Shown here: positions 17,922-27,165 of the stretch, piece by piece
Numbering within the stretch: position 1 is the first letter of the stretch
Layout: the number at the start of each line of letters is the position of its first letter
Assembly: GCA_963785845.1 (NCBI GenBank)
Contig: CAWAWP010000001.1
Coordinates: 313,132 to 377,131, forward strand
Source of the DNA: an uncultured Chloroflexia bacterium
Lineage (GTDB): Bacteria > Chloroflexota > Ktedonobacteria > Ktedonobacterales > JADMIN01
DNA: 64,000 nucleotides
Direction: 5' to 3'
Made by a program: the position numbers and the translations under genes
The notes under the pieces: generated by a model
Told to the model about the DNA's origin: nothing
Databases searched by the model: none
The model's input: the letters and a program-made list of their open reading frames with translations, nothing else

Positions 17922-20378
17922 ATGCGGATACTTAAGTTTGGCGGTTCGTCGGTTGGCTCGCCTGACGCCATACGCCGTGTTGCCGCGATTGTGAGGCGCG
18001 CGCGCGACGAGCGGGGCGAGGTGGTGGTCGTGGTTTCCGCGTTTCAGGGCGTGACCGACGACTTGATTGCGCTTGCGCGACGCGCGGCAGGCGGCGAGCC
18101 GTATCTCGCGCAGTTCGATGCGCTCCACGAGCGGCATGTAACCGTGATGCGGGAGCTGCTGCCGCACGACGTGTGCGCTACGGCGAACGCACACCTGACG
18201 CAGCGCGCGCATGAGTTGGGCGATCTGCTCCACGGCGCGGCGCTGACGCATGAACTGTCGCCGCGACTGCAAGACGCGATCGTGAGCTTTGGCGAGCGAC
18301 TTTCCGCGTACATCATCGCCAGCTTTCTCTCGACGCAAGCAGTACCTGCCGCGTACCTCGATATGCGCGATGTCGTGATCACGGACGCCCAGTTCGGCGC
18401 GGCGCGGGTCGAACGCGAGATCACCTACGGGAAGATACGCGACCATTTCGCCGGTGCCGTGGCAGTACAGGTCGCTACAGGCTTCATCGGTGCGACGGCG
18501 GAGGGTGAGACGACGACGCTGGGGCGTGGCGGCTCAGACTACACGGCATCGCTGCTCGGCGCGGCGCTGGATGCCGAAGAGATCGAGATCTGGACCGATG
18601 TGGACGGCGTGCTCACCGCCGATCCGCGCAAAGTGCCGGAAGCGTTCGCGCTCGACGCGCTCACCTACGAGGAAGCGATGGAACTGGCGCACTTTGGCGC
18701 CAAAGTGATCTACCCACCGACGATTCAGCCCGCGTTGGTGCGCGATATTCCGTTGCGCATCAAGAACACCTTCCGGCCGGAACTTCCCGGCACCGTGATC
18801 GCGAGCCGGCGCGGCCTGTCGACGCACGCCATCACCAGCCTCACGTCGATAAGCTCCATGGCGTTGCTGCTGGTGCGGGGCAGCGGCATGATCGGCGCCG
18901 CCGGCATCGCGATGCGGCTCTTCGGTGCGCTGGCTCGCCAGAGGGTCAGCGCGATCCTGATCACGCAGGCGTCGTCGGAACACACCATCTGCGTCGGCGT
19001 CGATCCGGCTTCCGTGGCGGCGGCGGTCGCCAGCGTCGCCGAGGAGTTCGCGCTGGAGATGCGCGCCGGGTTGATCGAGCCCGTGGACGTGCGTAGCGAC
19101 TGCTCGGCGGTGACGATCGTCGGCGAAGGCATGCGCGAACGTCCCGGTATCGCCAGCACGCTTTTCTCGGCGCTCGGCGAGCGGCACGTCAACGTGATCG
19201 CCATCGCACAGGGGTCGTCCGAACTGAACATCTCGGTGGTCGTCGATCGACGCGACGAGGTGACGTCGCTGCGCGCGATCCACGAGGCATTCTTCGCGCC
19301 GGAGCGGCGACGTCTCAATCTCTTCTTGCTGGGCACCGGGCTGATCGGCGGCACGCTGCTCAAGCAGATCGCCGCGGTGGCGAGTACGCTTCGCCGGGAA
19401 CGCCACCTCTGTCTGCACGTCCGCGGCATCGCCAATAGCCGTCACGCACTCGTCGATGCGGGCGAAGGAATCGACCTGGCTACATGGGACGAGGCGTTGC
19501 AGGCGAGCGACGCGCCGCTCAATCTGGAGACGTTTATCGCGGAAGCGATCCGCTTGCGTGCGCCAAACAGCGTGTTGGTCGACTGCACGGCGAGCGACGC
19601 AGCACCGCAACACTACGCAGAGGCGCTGCGCGCGGGGTTCGCGGTGGTCACGGCGAACAAACGCGGCCTCACCGCGCCATTTGCCGACTATGCGGCACGG
19701 CGCGACGCGGCGCGGCTGAGTCACGCGCCGTTCCGCTATGAGACGACCGTCGGCGCGGCGCTACCTGTGCTGGGCCCGTTGCGCGACTTGCTGGCGACGG
19801 GCGACACGCAGATTGCCATTGAGGGCGTGCTTTCGGGAACGCTGAGCTACGTGTTCAATACGTTCGACGGCACACGGCCATTCAGTGAGGTGCTGCGGTC
19901 AGCACAGGACGCGGGCTACACCGAGCCCGACCCGCGCGACGACCTCAGCGGTACGGATGTCGCGCGGAAGCTGCTCATTCTTGCCCGTGAGTGCGGCTAC
20001 GCTCTGGAAATGGGCGACGTGGCGGTAGAGCAGTTTTTGCCGGCGCGTTGCCGAGAAGCGCCCGGCGTCGACGCCTTTTACGAAGCACTCGCCGCCGAGG
20101 ATGCGTATTTCGAGCGGCTGCGCGCCGACGCCGCGCGGGAGCAGTGCGTGCTGCGCGTCGTCGCGCGGATGCGGGAAGGCAGGTGCTCCGTGGGGCTTGA
20201 ACAGGTCCCGCGAGACGCACCTTTGGCGCATCTGAGCGGGGCAGAGAACTGTGTCGCTATCACCTCCGCACGCTACGCAGCGCAGCCGCTGGTGGTGCGC
20301 GGGCCAGGTGCGGGCGCGGAGGTGACGGCAGGCGGCGTACTCGCCGACATACTACACGTCGCCGAGTGCGGGCGATAA
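17922..20378 (+). CDS. thrA: Bifunctional aspartokinase / homoserine dehydrogenase
   Basis: N-terminal kinase motifs MRILKFGGSSVGS and LGRGGSDYTA. ACT region. C-terminal HSD part: LLGTGLIGGTLLKQI, VVTANK, GAGAEVTAGGVLADI. 818 aa. Confidence 0.9.
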   Translation: MRILKFGGSSVGSPDAIRRVAAIVRRARDERGEVVVVVSAFQGVTDDLIALARRAAGGEPYLAQFDALHERHVTVMRELLPHDVCATANAHLTQRAHELGDLLHGAALTHELSPRLQDAIVSFGERLSAYIIASFLSTQAVPAAYLDMRDVVITDAQFGAARVEREITYGKIRDHFAGAVAVQVATGFIGATAEGETTTLGRGGSDYTASLLGAALDAEEIEIWTDVDGVLTADPRKVPEAFALDALTYEEAMELAHFGAKVIYPPTIQPALVRDIPLRIKNTFRPELPGTVIASRRGLSTHAITSLTSISSMALLLVRGSGMIGAAGIAMRLFGALARQRVSAILITQASSEHTICVGVDPASVAAAVASVAEEFALEMRAGLIEPVDVRSDCSAVTIVGEGMRERPGIASTLFSALGERHVNVIAIAQGSSELNISVVVDRRDEVTSLRAIHEAFFAPERRRLNLFLLGTGLIGGTLLKQIAAVASTLRRERHLCLHVRGIANSRHALVDAGEGIDLATWDEALQASDAPLNLETFIAEAIRLRAPNSVLVDCTASDAAPQHYAEALRAGFAVVTANKRGLTAPFADYAARRDAARLSHAPFRYETTVGAALPVLGPLRDLLATGDTQIAIEGVLSGTLSYVFNTFDGTRPFSEVLRSAQDAGYTEPDPRDDLSGTDVARKLLILARECGYALEMGDVAVEQFLPARCREAPGVDAFYEALAAEDAYFERLRADAAREQCVLRVVARMREGRCSVGLEQVPRDAPLAHLSGAENCVAITSARYAAQPLVVRGPGAGAEVTAGGVLADILHVAECGR

Positions 20379-20426
20379 GCAACTGAGCGCCAGAATGTGG
20401 GCGGCGGGACGACGGAGGCCGAGCGT

Positions 20427-21512
20427 ATGAGCGAGCACGAACAGCCAGGCGAGCGGACATTTGTGCTACCTACGGAGCCGATTGCCGTGGGCATCCTGGG
20501 AGCGACGGGGAGCGTCGGGCAGCGCTTCGTGGAGTTGCTCGCCGGGCATCCCTGGTTCAGACTGACCGCGGTGGCGGCGTCGTCGCAATCGGCGGGGAAG
20601 CCGTACGGCGAAGCGGTGCGCTGGCTGATGTCCACCCCGCTGCCAGATGAGGTGGCGCGGATGAAGGTGGCGGAGTGCACGCCCGACCTGCCGTGTCGCC
20701 TGGTCTTCTCGGCGCTCGATGCGTCGGTGGCGGGCGAGGTCGAGGAAGCGTTCGCCCGCGCCGGCTATATCGTCGTGTCGAACGCGCGCAATCACCGGAT
20801 GGACGCCGACGTGCCGCTGCTGGTGCCGGATGTCAATGCGGAACACCTGCGGTTGGTCGAGCGGCAGCGCTACGGCACGGGCATGATCGTCACCAATCCA
20901 AACTGCTCGACGACGGGACTCGTGCTGGCGTTGAAACCCCTGGCGGACGCCTTCGGGCTCGAAGCGGTCAGCGTTGTCACGCTCCAGGCAGCCTCTGGGG
21001 CGGGCTATCCCGGCGTGCCGAGCCTCGATCTGCTGGACAACGTGATCCCGCGGATCGGCGGGGAGGAGGATAAGCTGGAGACTGAGCCGAAGAAGATACT
21101 CGGCGGCTACGCGGACGGCGCGATCGCCTGGCGCGACGTGGCGATCAGCGCGGCGTGCAATCGTGTCGCCGTGGTCGACGGGCATACGGAGTGTATTTCG
21201 GTGCGGCTACGCGAGAAGCCCTCACTGGAGCGGATAATCGACGCGTGGCGCGCCTATCGAGGCGTGCCGCAGGAGGTAGGATTGCCGCTGGCGCCCGCGC
21301 AGCCGATCCACTATTTTGACGAGCCGTCGTTTCCGCAACCGCGGCTGCATCGGGGGGTAGAGCGCGGCATGGCGGTGAGCGTTGGCCGGCTGCGTCCGTG
21401 CCCGCTGCTCGGCTACAAGTTCGTCGCACTGGTGCACAACACCGTGCGCGGCGCGGCAGGTGGGGCGCTGCTCAACGCCGAACTGATGCTGCGCCAGGGA
21501 TACATCTCGTGA
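20427..21512 (+). CDS. asd: Aspartate-semialdehyde dehydrogenase (archaeal-type)
   Basis: Motifs ILGATGSVGQRF, SNARNHRMD, NPNCSTTGLVLALKPL, LQAASGAGYPG. Start trimmed to ATG 20427; the ORF track begins at 20397. Confidence 0.9.
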   Translation: MSEHEQPGERTFVLPTEPIAVGILGATGSVGQRFVELLAGHPWFRLTAVAASSQSAGKPYGEAVRWLMSTPLPDEVARMKVAECTPDLPCRLVFSALDASVAGEVEEAFARAGYIVVSNARNHRMDADVPLLVPDVNAEHLRLVERQRYGTGMIVTNPNCSTTGLVLALKPLADAFGLEAVSVVTLQAASGAGYPGVPSLDLLDNVIPRIGGEEDKLETEPKKILGGYADGAIAWRDVAISAACNRVAVVDGHTECISVRLREKPSLERIIDAWRAYRGVPQEVGLPLAPAQPIHYFDEPSFPQPRLHRGVERGMAVSVGRLRPCPLLGYKFVALVHNTVRGAAGGALLNAELMLRQGYIS

Positions 21513-22507
21513 GCCGCCTGGGTCATCCGGTCGCCGGTTCGGCGCGCGCGTTTGCTCCGGCGACCGTCGCCAATGTTGGGCCGGGCTTCGACATCTTCGG
21601 GTTTGCCGTGGACGCGCCCGGCGATGAGGTCGTCGCGCGGGTGGGTGCGACGCGTGGAGTGACCATCGTGGCGATTAGCGGTGACGACGGGCGCTTGCCA
21701 CGCGAGGCCGCGGCGAATACCGCTGGCGCCGCGGCGCAGGCGCTGTTGGCCGAACTGGAAGCGCCGTTCGGTGTCGAGATCGAGCTGCACAAGCGCATGC
21801 CGCTCGGCAGTGGCCTCGGCTCGAGCGCGGCGAGCGCGGTCGCGGCTGTCGTCGCGGTCAACGCGCTCTGTGGGTCGCCGCTCTCGCGCCGCGAACTCTT
21901 GCCGTTCGCGCTGGCGGGCGAGCAGGTCTCGTGCTGGCCGGGCGCGGTGCACGCCGATAACGTCGCGGCATGTCTGCTGGGGGGCATCACCCTGATCCGC
22001 GGCATGCATCCGCTCGACGTGGTGCGGTTGCCGGCGCCGGCGTCGCTCTGCTGCGTGTTGGCGCATCCAGCGATCGAGGTGCTGACCGCCGCGGCGCGAC
22101 GTGTGCTCCCCGAGACGGTTCGCCTAGCGGACGCCGTGACGCAGTGGGGCAACGTGGCGGGCGTGGTCGCCGCGCTGTTTCAGTCTGACCTGGCGCTGTT
22201 GGGCCGTTCGCTTTCGGATGTGATCGTCGAGCCGGCTCGCGCCTCACTGATCCCCGGATTCGCGGCGGTGAAGCGCGCGGCGCTGGCGCAGGGCGCGCTC
22301 GGCTGCGGCATTTCGGGCGCGTGCCCGACGATCTTCGCGCTCTGCGAGGCGCGGGCGGTGGCCGAGCGCGTCGGCGCCGCGATGGCGGCGGCTTTCGGCG
22401 AGCACGGCGTGGCGAGCGAGGTCTATGTGTCCGGCATCAATGAAGAAGGCGCGCGCGTGCTCGAAAGCGATACCGCACTCGCGGCCGCGGAGACGGCGGA
22501 GCGGTAG
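21509..22507 (+). CDS. thrB: Homoserine kinase (GHMP family)
   Basis: Motifs ATVANVGPGFDIFG and PLGSGLGSSAASAVAAVVAVNAL. The GTG start at 21509 overlaps the asd stop (GTGA). The ORF-track upstream extension from 21398 overlaps asd. Confidence 0.85.
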   Translation: MSRLGHPVAGSARAFAPATVANVGPGFDIFGFAVDAPGDEVVARVGATRGVTIVAISGDDGRLPREAAANTAGAAAQALLAELEAPFGVEIELHKRMPLGSGLGSSAASAVAAVVAVNALCGSPLSRRELLPFALAGEQVSCWPGAVHADNVAACLLGGITLIRGMHPLDVVRLPAPASLCCVLAHPAIEVLTAAARRVLPETVRLADAVTQWGNVAGVVAALFQSDLALLGRSLSDVIVEPARASLIPGFAAVKRAALAQGALGCGISGACPTIFALCEARAVAERVGAAMAAAFGEHGVASEVYVSGINEEGARVLESDTALAAAETAER

Positions 22508-22516
22508 GAGCGCGAG

Positions 22517-23821
22517 ATGTTACTCTACAGCACCAACGGACGCAGCGCGCCGGTGTCGTTTCGCGACGCGGCGCTGCGCGGTCTCGCCGACGACGGCGGA
22601 CTCTTCATGCCGACGGAGATCCCGACCCTGTCACGGGAATTCTGGCAGAACTGCGGCAGTCTTGGCTTCGCGGAGATCGCGGAGGAGATCGCCGCGACGC
22701 TGCTGAGCGATGAGATTCCGCGAGCGGAGTGCGACCGCATCGTGCGCGACGCGTTCACCTTCGCCGTGCCGCTGGTCGAACTGGCCGCGGATCTCTATGT
22801 CCTCGAACTCTTTCACGGTCCGACGCTGGCCTTCAAGGACTTTGGCGCGCGCTTCATGGCGCGGACGCTCGCGTACCTGCGACGGGACGCCGCACGCGAA
22901 CTCACCGTGCTGGTGGCGACCTCTGGGGATACGGGGAGCGCTGTCGCCCATGGCTTCCACAACGTGCCCGCGACTCGTGTGGTGGTGCTGTATCCCAGCG
23001 GGCAGGTCAGCCACGTGCAAGAGCAGCAATTGACCACCCTCGGCGGCAACGTGGCGGCGCTTGAGGTGCAGGGCAGTTTCGACGACTGCCAGCGTATGGT
23101 CAAAGCGGCTTTCCAAGATGCGGAGCTACGCGCGCGCCTGGATCTCACCTCGGCGAACTCGATCAATATCGCGCGGCTGCTGCCCCAGACTTTCTATTAC
23201 GCTGCCGCCTTTGCTCAGCTTGGCGCGGGGCGGGCGGAGCCGCTCTTTGCCGTGCCGAGCGGCAATTTCGGCAATCTCACCGCCGGGCTGCTCGCGCGAC
23301 GCATGGGGATGCCCGCGCGGGGCTTTCTGGCGACGACCAACGTCAACGACATCGTGCCGAGCTACCTCGTCAGTGGCATCTTCGCGCCGCGCGCCTCGCG
23401 GCGCACGCTTTCTTCGGCGATGGACGTCGGCGATCCGAGCAACTTCGCGCGCATGCTGGCGCTCTTCGCGAACGATCGCGCGCGGATGGCAGCCGAGATA
23501 CGCGGCTATCGCGCGACGGATGCCGAGACGCTGGTTGGCATGCGCGAACTCTACGACGCCTACGGGTACGTCGCCGATCCGCACACGGCGGTCGGCTATC
23601 TGGGCAGCCAGAGCGACAGGGCGGAGTATGGCGTCGCAGGCCCTAGGATCGTGCTGGCGACGGCGCACCCGGCCAAATTCGCGGAGGTGTGCCGCGCGGC
23701 CTTAGGCATCGAGGTAGAGCTACCGGAGGCGCTGCGTGAAGCGCTGACGCTCCCCAAGCAGGCGACACCACTTGCGCCAACCGACGCGGCGCTACGCGAT
23801 TTCCTGTTGACTGAGGGGTAA
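22517..23821 (+). CDS. thrC: Threonine synthase
   Basis: The PLP-lysine region FHGPTLAFKDFGARFMA and TSGDTGSAVAHG. Last gene of the thr cluster. Confidence 0.9.
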   Translation: MLLYSTNGRSAPVSFRDAALRGLADDGGLFMPTEIPTLSREFWQNCGSLGFAEIAEEIAATLLSDEIPRAECDRIVRDAFTFAVPLVELAADLYVLELFHGPTLAFKDFGARFMARTLAYLRRDAARELTVLVATSGDTGSAVAHGFHNVPATRVVVLYPSGQVSHVQEQQLTTLGGNVAALEVQGSFDDCQRMVKAAFQDAELRARLDLTSANSINIARLLPQTFYYAAAFAQLGAGRAEPLFAVPSGNFGNLTAGLLARRMGMPARGFLATTNVNDIVPSYLVSGIFAPRASRRTLSSAMDVGDPSNFARMLALFANDRARMAAEIRGYRATDAETLVGMRELYDAYGYVADPHTAVGYLGSQSDRAEYGVAGPRIVLATAHPAKFAEVCRAALGIEVELPEALREALTLPKQATPLAPTDAALRDFLLTEG

Positions 23822-23975
23822 TACCAGGCCGTCTTCGATGGCTGGCGCGCCCGCTGATCCTGGCGTGATGGCCACGGCGCATCCTGGTCCACGCCCGCGG
23901 TGTGACCGCCAACCAGCCCACCGGGATCGGGCTGGCGGCAACGGGGAGTGAAGCAGGTGGTGAAGGGTTGAACGC

Positions 23976-25481
23976 CTAGTGGCCGAGCGTGAAGAGGCTA
24001 TTGGCGCTGGTGGTGAGCGAGGTCAGAAGCACACCAAAGGCGACGGTGAGCGCGAGAATGCCGAAGACGGCGAGGCCCATCGTCGCATTGACGGCCCCGG
24101 ACACCGAGAGGCGGTCGCGCTTGACCGGCTCGATGACGTACATGCGCCAGAGGACGTTGACGTAGTACGCGATCGAGATCGCGCTGTTGATCAGGGCGAG
24201 GATCACCAGCCAGGTGAGCGCCGATCCTTCATTCCAGGCCGAGACGAGAATGAAGACCTTGCTGAGGAAGCCAGCCATCGGCGGAATGCCGGCGAGCGAG
24301 AGCAGGCAGAGCGCGAAGCCGAAGGCGATCCAGGGGCTGCGCCTGCCGAAGCCGTCGAAGTCGCGGATATTTTCTTTGCCCGTGGCATCCGCGAGGGCGA
24401 TGATGCCCGCGAAGGCGCCGATGTTAGTGACCACATAGACGGCGAGGAAGGCGAGCATGCCTAACTCGGCGCTCGGCGTGTTGTGGATCATCACCGCGGC
24501 GAGACCGACCAGCAGATAGCCCGCCTGGCCGATGCTGCTGTAGGCCATCATGCGCTTAATGTTGGTCTGCAGCAGCGCGACGATGTTACCGAGGGTCATC
24601 GTCAGCGCGGCCACGATCGCCACTAGCACCCAGAGATAGGCGCTACTCGCCGCGATAAGGCCACCGAAGACGAACACGCGCAGCAGCGCCGCGAACCCCG
24701 CGGCCTTGGAGCCAACAGAGAAGAACAGTGTGGAGGGCGCGGGCGAGCCTTCGTAGATGTCTGGCGCCCACATGTGGAAGGGCACCGCCGAGACCTTGAA
24801 GCCGAAGCCGGTGAAGATGAAGACATCCGCGGCGAGGAGCATCAGGTTGCCGCTTTGTAAACCGTTGGGACCGAAGACCCCCGCGATGGTGACCAGATCG
24901 GTGCTACCAGTCGCGCCGTAGAGCAGTGCCATGCCGTAGAGCAGGATCGCCGACGACATCGCGCCCAGCAGCACATACTTCACCGCGGACTCCGCGGAGC
25001 GCCCATCGGTGCGCGAAAGGCCCGCCAGGATGTAGAGCGGGATGCTGGTGAGCTCAAGAGAAATGTAGATCGTGATCAACTCGCCGGTGCTGGCCATCAG
25101 CATCATGCCCGCGACGGAGAGCAGGATCACGCCGTAGTATTCCCCGACCGTGACACGCAGATATTTCTCGACGTAGCCGTAGGAGACTAGCATCACGCCG
25201 AAGCCGATCAGCAGGAAGAGGAACTCGAAGAAGAAGGCGAAGTTGTCGACGACGAGCATGCCGAAGAAGGCAGTGCCATTGCTGGGCAGCGGCCCGAACC
25301 ATTGGCCGACGAGCGAGAGCGTGAGGACGGCGGGAACGATGAGCCCGACCAGCGCCACGATGGTGACGAGTCCGCGACGTTTCGTGATGAGATCCAATGC
25401 GAACACCAGAGAGCCAAGGATGACGACGCTCAACTCAGGTGAGAGCATCCAGATCTCTGTCGCGCCAATCTGTGAATTCAT
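23976..25481 (-). CDS. nuoN: NADH-quinone oxidoreductase subunit N
   Basis: Polytopic antiporter-like protein (FHMWAPDIYEGSP motif). Terminal gene of the J-K-L-M-N series. Confidence 0.9.
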   Translation of the reverse strand: MNSQIGATEIWMLSPELSVVILGSLVFALDLITKRRGLVTIVALVGLIVPAVLTLSLVGQWFGPLPSNGTAFFGMLVVDNFAFFFEFLFLLIGFGVMLVSYGYVEKYLRVTVGEYYGVILLSVAGMMLMASTGELITIYISLELTSIPLYILAGLSRTDGRSAESAVKYVLLGAMSSAILLYGMALLYGATGSTDLVTIAGVFGPNGLQSGNLMLLAADVFIFTGFGFKVSAVPFHMWAPDIYEGSPAPSTLFFSVGSKAAGFAALLRVFVFGGLIAASSAYLWVLVAIVAALTMTLGNIVALLQTNIKRMMAYSSIGQAGYLLVGLAAVMIHNTPSAELGMLAFLAVYVVTNIGAFAGIIALADATGKENIRDFDGFGRRSPWIAFGFALCLLSLAGIPPMAGFLSKVFILVSAWNEGSALTWLVILALINSAISIAYYVNVLWRMYVIEPVKRDRLSVSGAVNATMGLAVFGILALTVAFGVLLTSLTTSANSLFTLGH

Positions 25482-25569
25482 CGCTGCTCTCGCCTTCCTC
25501 CAGGTTTCGCGGCCGTCTCTATCGTTACTTTTTTGTGGGGTGTGCGGGTGCTAGATGGTGGGTGGGCGA

Positions 25570-27141
25570 TCAATGGGCAAGCGCCTGGACGGTGCCGAGC
25601 ATCTGGTGCAGGGATGGCTTGATCAGATCAGTGATCGGCCCGGGAAAGATGCCGACGAAGATCACGACCACGGCGAGGGAGATCAGCGGGAACGCCTCCA
25701 GCAGATCGGCGTCGCGCAGCCATGTCCACTTCAGATTCAATGGACCGTAGAACGCGCGACGCAACATCCAGAGGAGGTAGCCCGCCGTCAGCACGACGCC
25801 GAACGCCGCGAGGATCGTCACGACCGGCAAGATCGAGAAAGAGCCGGTGAAGACGAGAAACTCGGCGACGAAGCCGGAGAGCGCGGGCAGCCCCAGCGAG
25901 GCGAAACACGCCACCGAGAAGAGCAGCGTAAGCATCGGCATGCGCTGGGCAATGCCGCCGAAGACGCCTATCTCGCGCGTGTGCGCCTTCTCGTACAGCA
26001 CGCCCACGGCGAAGAAGAGCATCGCGGTAATGGTTCCATGAGTGAACATTTGCAGCGTCGCACCGGTGAGCGCCGCCTGGCGCAGATCGGCGGCATTCGC
26101 CCCAGCAGTGGTGGAGACCGCGGCGGCGGCGGCAACGCCTAGCAACACATAACCCATGTGGCTGACGCTGGAGTAGGCAATCATCTTCTTCATGTCGTGC
26201 TGGACCATCGAAGCGCCGGCGCCCCAGAGGACGTTGATCGCGGCGAAGATGCCCAGCGCTGGGGCGAAAGCTACCGCGCCATGTGGCACAAAGCCGAGGC
26301 AGATACGGATCAAGCCATACGCGCCCATCTTCAGGAGCACACCGGCCAGCAGCACGCTCACCGCGGTGGGCGCCTCGGTGTGGGCGTCTGGTAGCCAGGT
26401 ATGCACCGGCCACATAGGGATCTTGACGGCGAAGCCCGCGAAGAGCAGCAAGAAGACGATCAAAGGCAGCGAGACCAATCCACCAAAGAGCGGAAGGTTG
26501 CCAGTCACCGAGGAGCCAGCGGCGGCGAAGTGCTGAAAAGTCGCGCTGGTGGCGCCGGTCCGTATGTAGAGCAAGAAGATGCCCGCCAGCGTGAAGGACG
26601 AGCCGACCAGCGTGTAGATCAAGAACTTCCAGGCGGCATATTCGCGTCGCGACCCGCCCCAGATTCCGATCAGCAGGAACATGGGGATCAACTCCACCTC
26701 CCAGAAGAGGATGAAGAGGAAGAGGTCGAAGGAGGCGAAGACGCCCATCACTCCGGTCTCAAGGAAGAGCATCAACGCCATATAGAAGCGCTGGCGTTTC
26801 TCAAGTCGCCACGAACTGACGACGGCGAGGAAGGTGAGCAGGCCGTTGAGGATGATCAGTGGGATGCTGAGGCCGTCAGCGCCGAAGGCGAAGCGTACCT
26901 GGAAGTGGAAGCCGCCGATATTGGCATTGATCCACGGCTCGTTTACAGCCCATTGCGGATTCATGACATCGCCGAAGGGGCTGCCGTTGAAGATGATGCC
27001 AAAGTAGAGCCAGAGGCTCAACAGGAAGACGGCAAGGCTGAACACCGCGGCGCTCCACTTACCGAAGCGCTCCGGGACGAGTAACGTCACCACTCCACCG
27101 AGGAGGGGTCCGAAGACTATTGCTGGGAGCAGCCAGCTCAT
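25570..27141 (-). CDS. nuoM: NADH-quinone oxidoreductase subunit M
   Basis: Antiporter-like subunit with WLPDAHTEAPTAVSVLLAG and MIAYSSVSHMG. Confidence 0.9.
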   Translation of the reverse strand: MSWLLPAIVFGPLLGGVVTLLVPERFGKWSAAVFSLAVFLLSLWLYFGIIFNGSPFGDVMNPQWAVNEPWINANIGGFHFQVRFAFGADGLSIPLIILNGLLTFLAVVSSWRLEKRQRFYMALMLFLETGVMGVFASFDLFLFILFWEVELIPMFLLIGIWGGSRREYAAWKFLIYTLVGSSFTLAGIFLLYIRTGATSATFQHFAAAGSSVTGNLPLFGGLVSLPLIVFLLLFAGFAVKIPMWPVHTWLPDAHTEAPTAVSVLLAGVLLKMGAYGLIRICLGFVPHGAVAFAPALGIFAAINVLWGAGASMVQHDMKKMIAYSSVSHMGYVLLGVAAAAAVSTTAGANAADLRQAALTGATLQMFTHGTITAMLFFAVGVLYEKAHTREIGVFGGIAQRMPMLTLLFSVACFASLGLPALSGFVAEFLVFTGSFSILPVVTILAAFGVVLTAGYLLWMLRRAFYGPLNLKWTWLRDADLLEAFPLISLAVVVIFVGIFPGPITDLIKPSLHQMLGTVQALAH

Positions 27142-27165
27142 CGTGAAGCTCCTTTCCCCTCGCGG

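Noticed and set aside
17711-17935. An alternative frame across the thr leader encodes a His-rich run (EHHHCQHHYHHR). That could suggest a his-type leader peptide.
   Set aside because: That frame starts at a GTG with no SD, runs 74 codons through the terminator, and overlaps the thrA start. The downstream operon is thr, not his. The Thr-rich frame has an ATG, a proper SD, and a stop placed just before the alternative hairpins.
23907-23939. A hairpin CCAGCCC-N9-GGGCTGG lies between the convergent thrC and nuoN genes and could be a bidirectional terminator.
   Set aside because: The stem is only 7 perfect bp plus a bulged extension, and there is no U/A tract on either side. It is plausible but not strong enough to annotate as a terminator.
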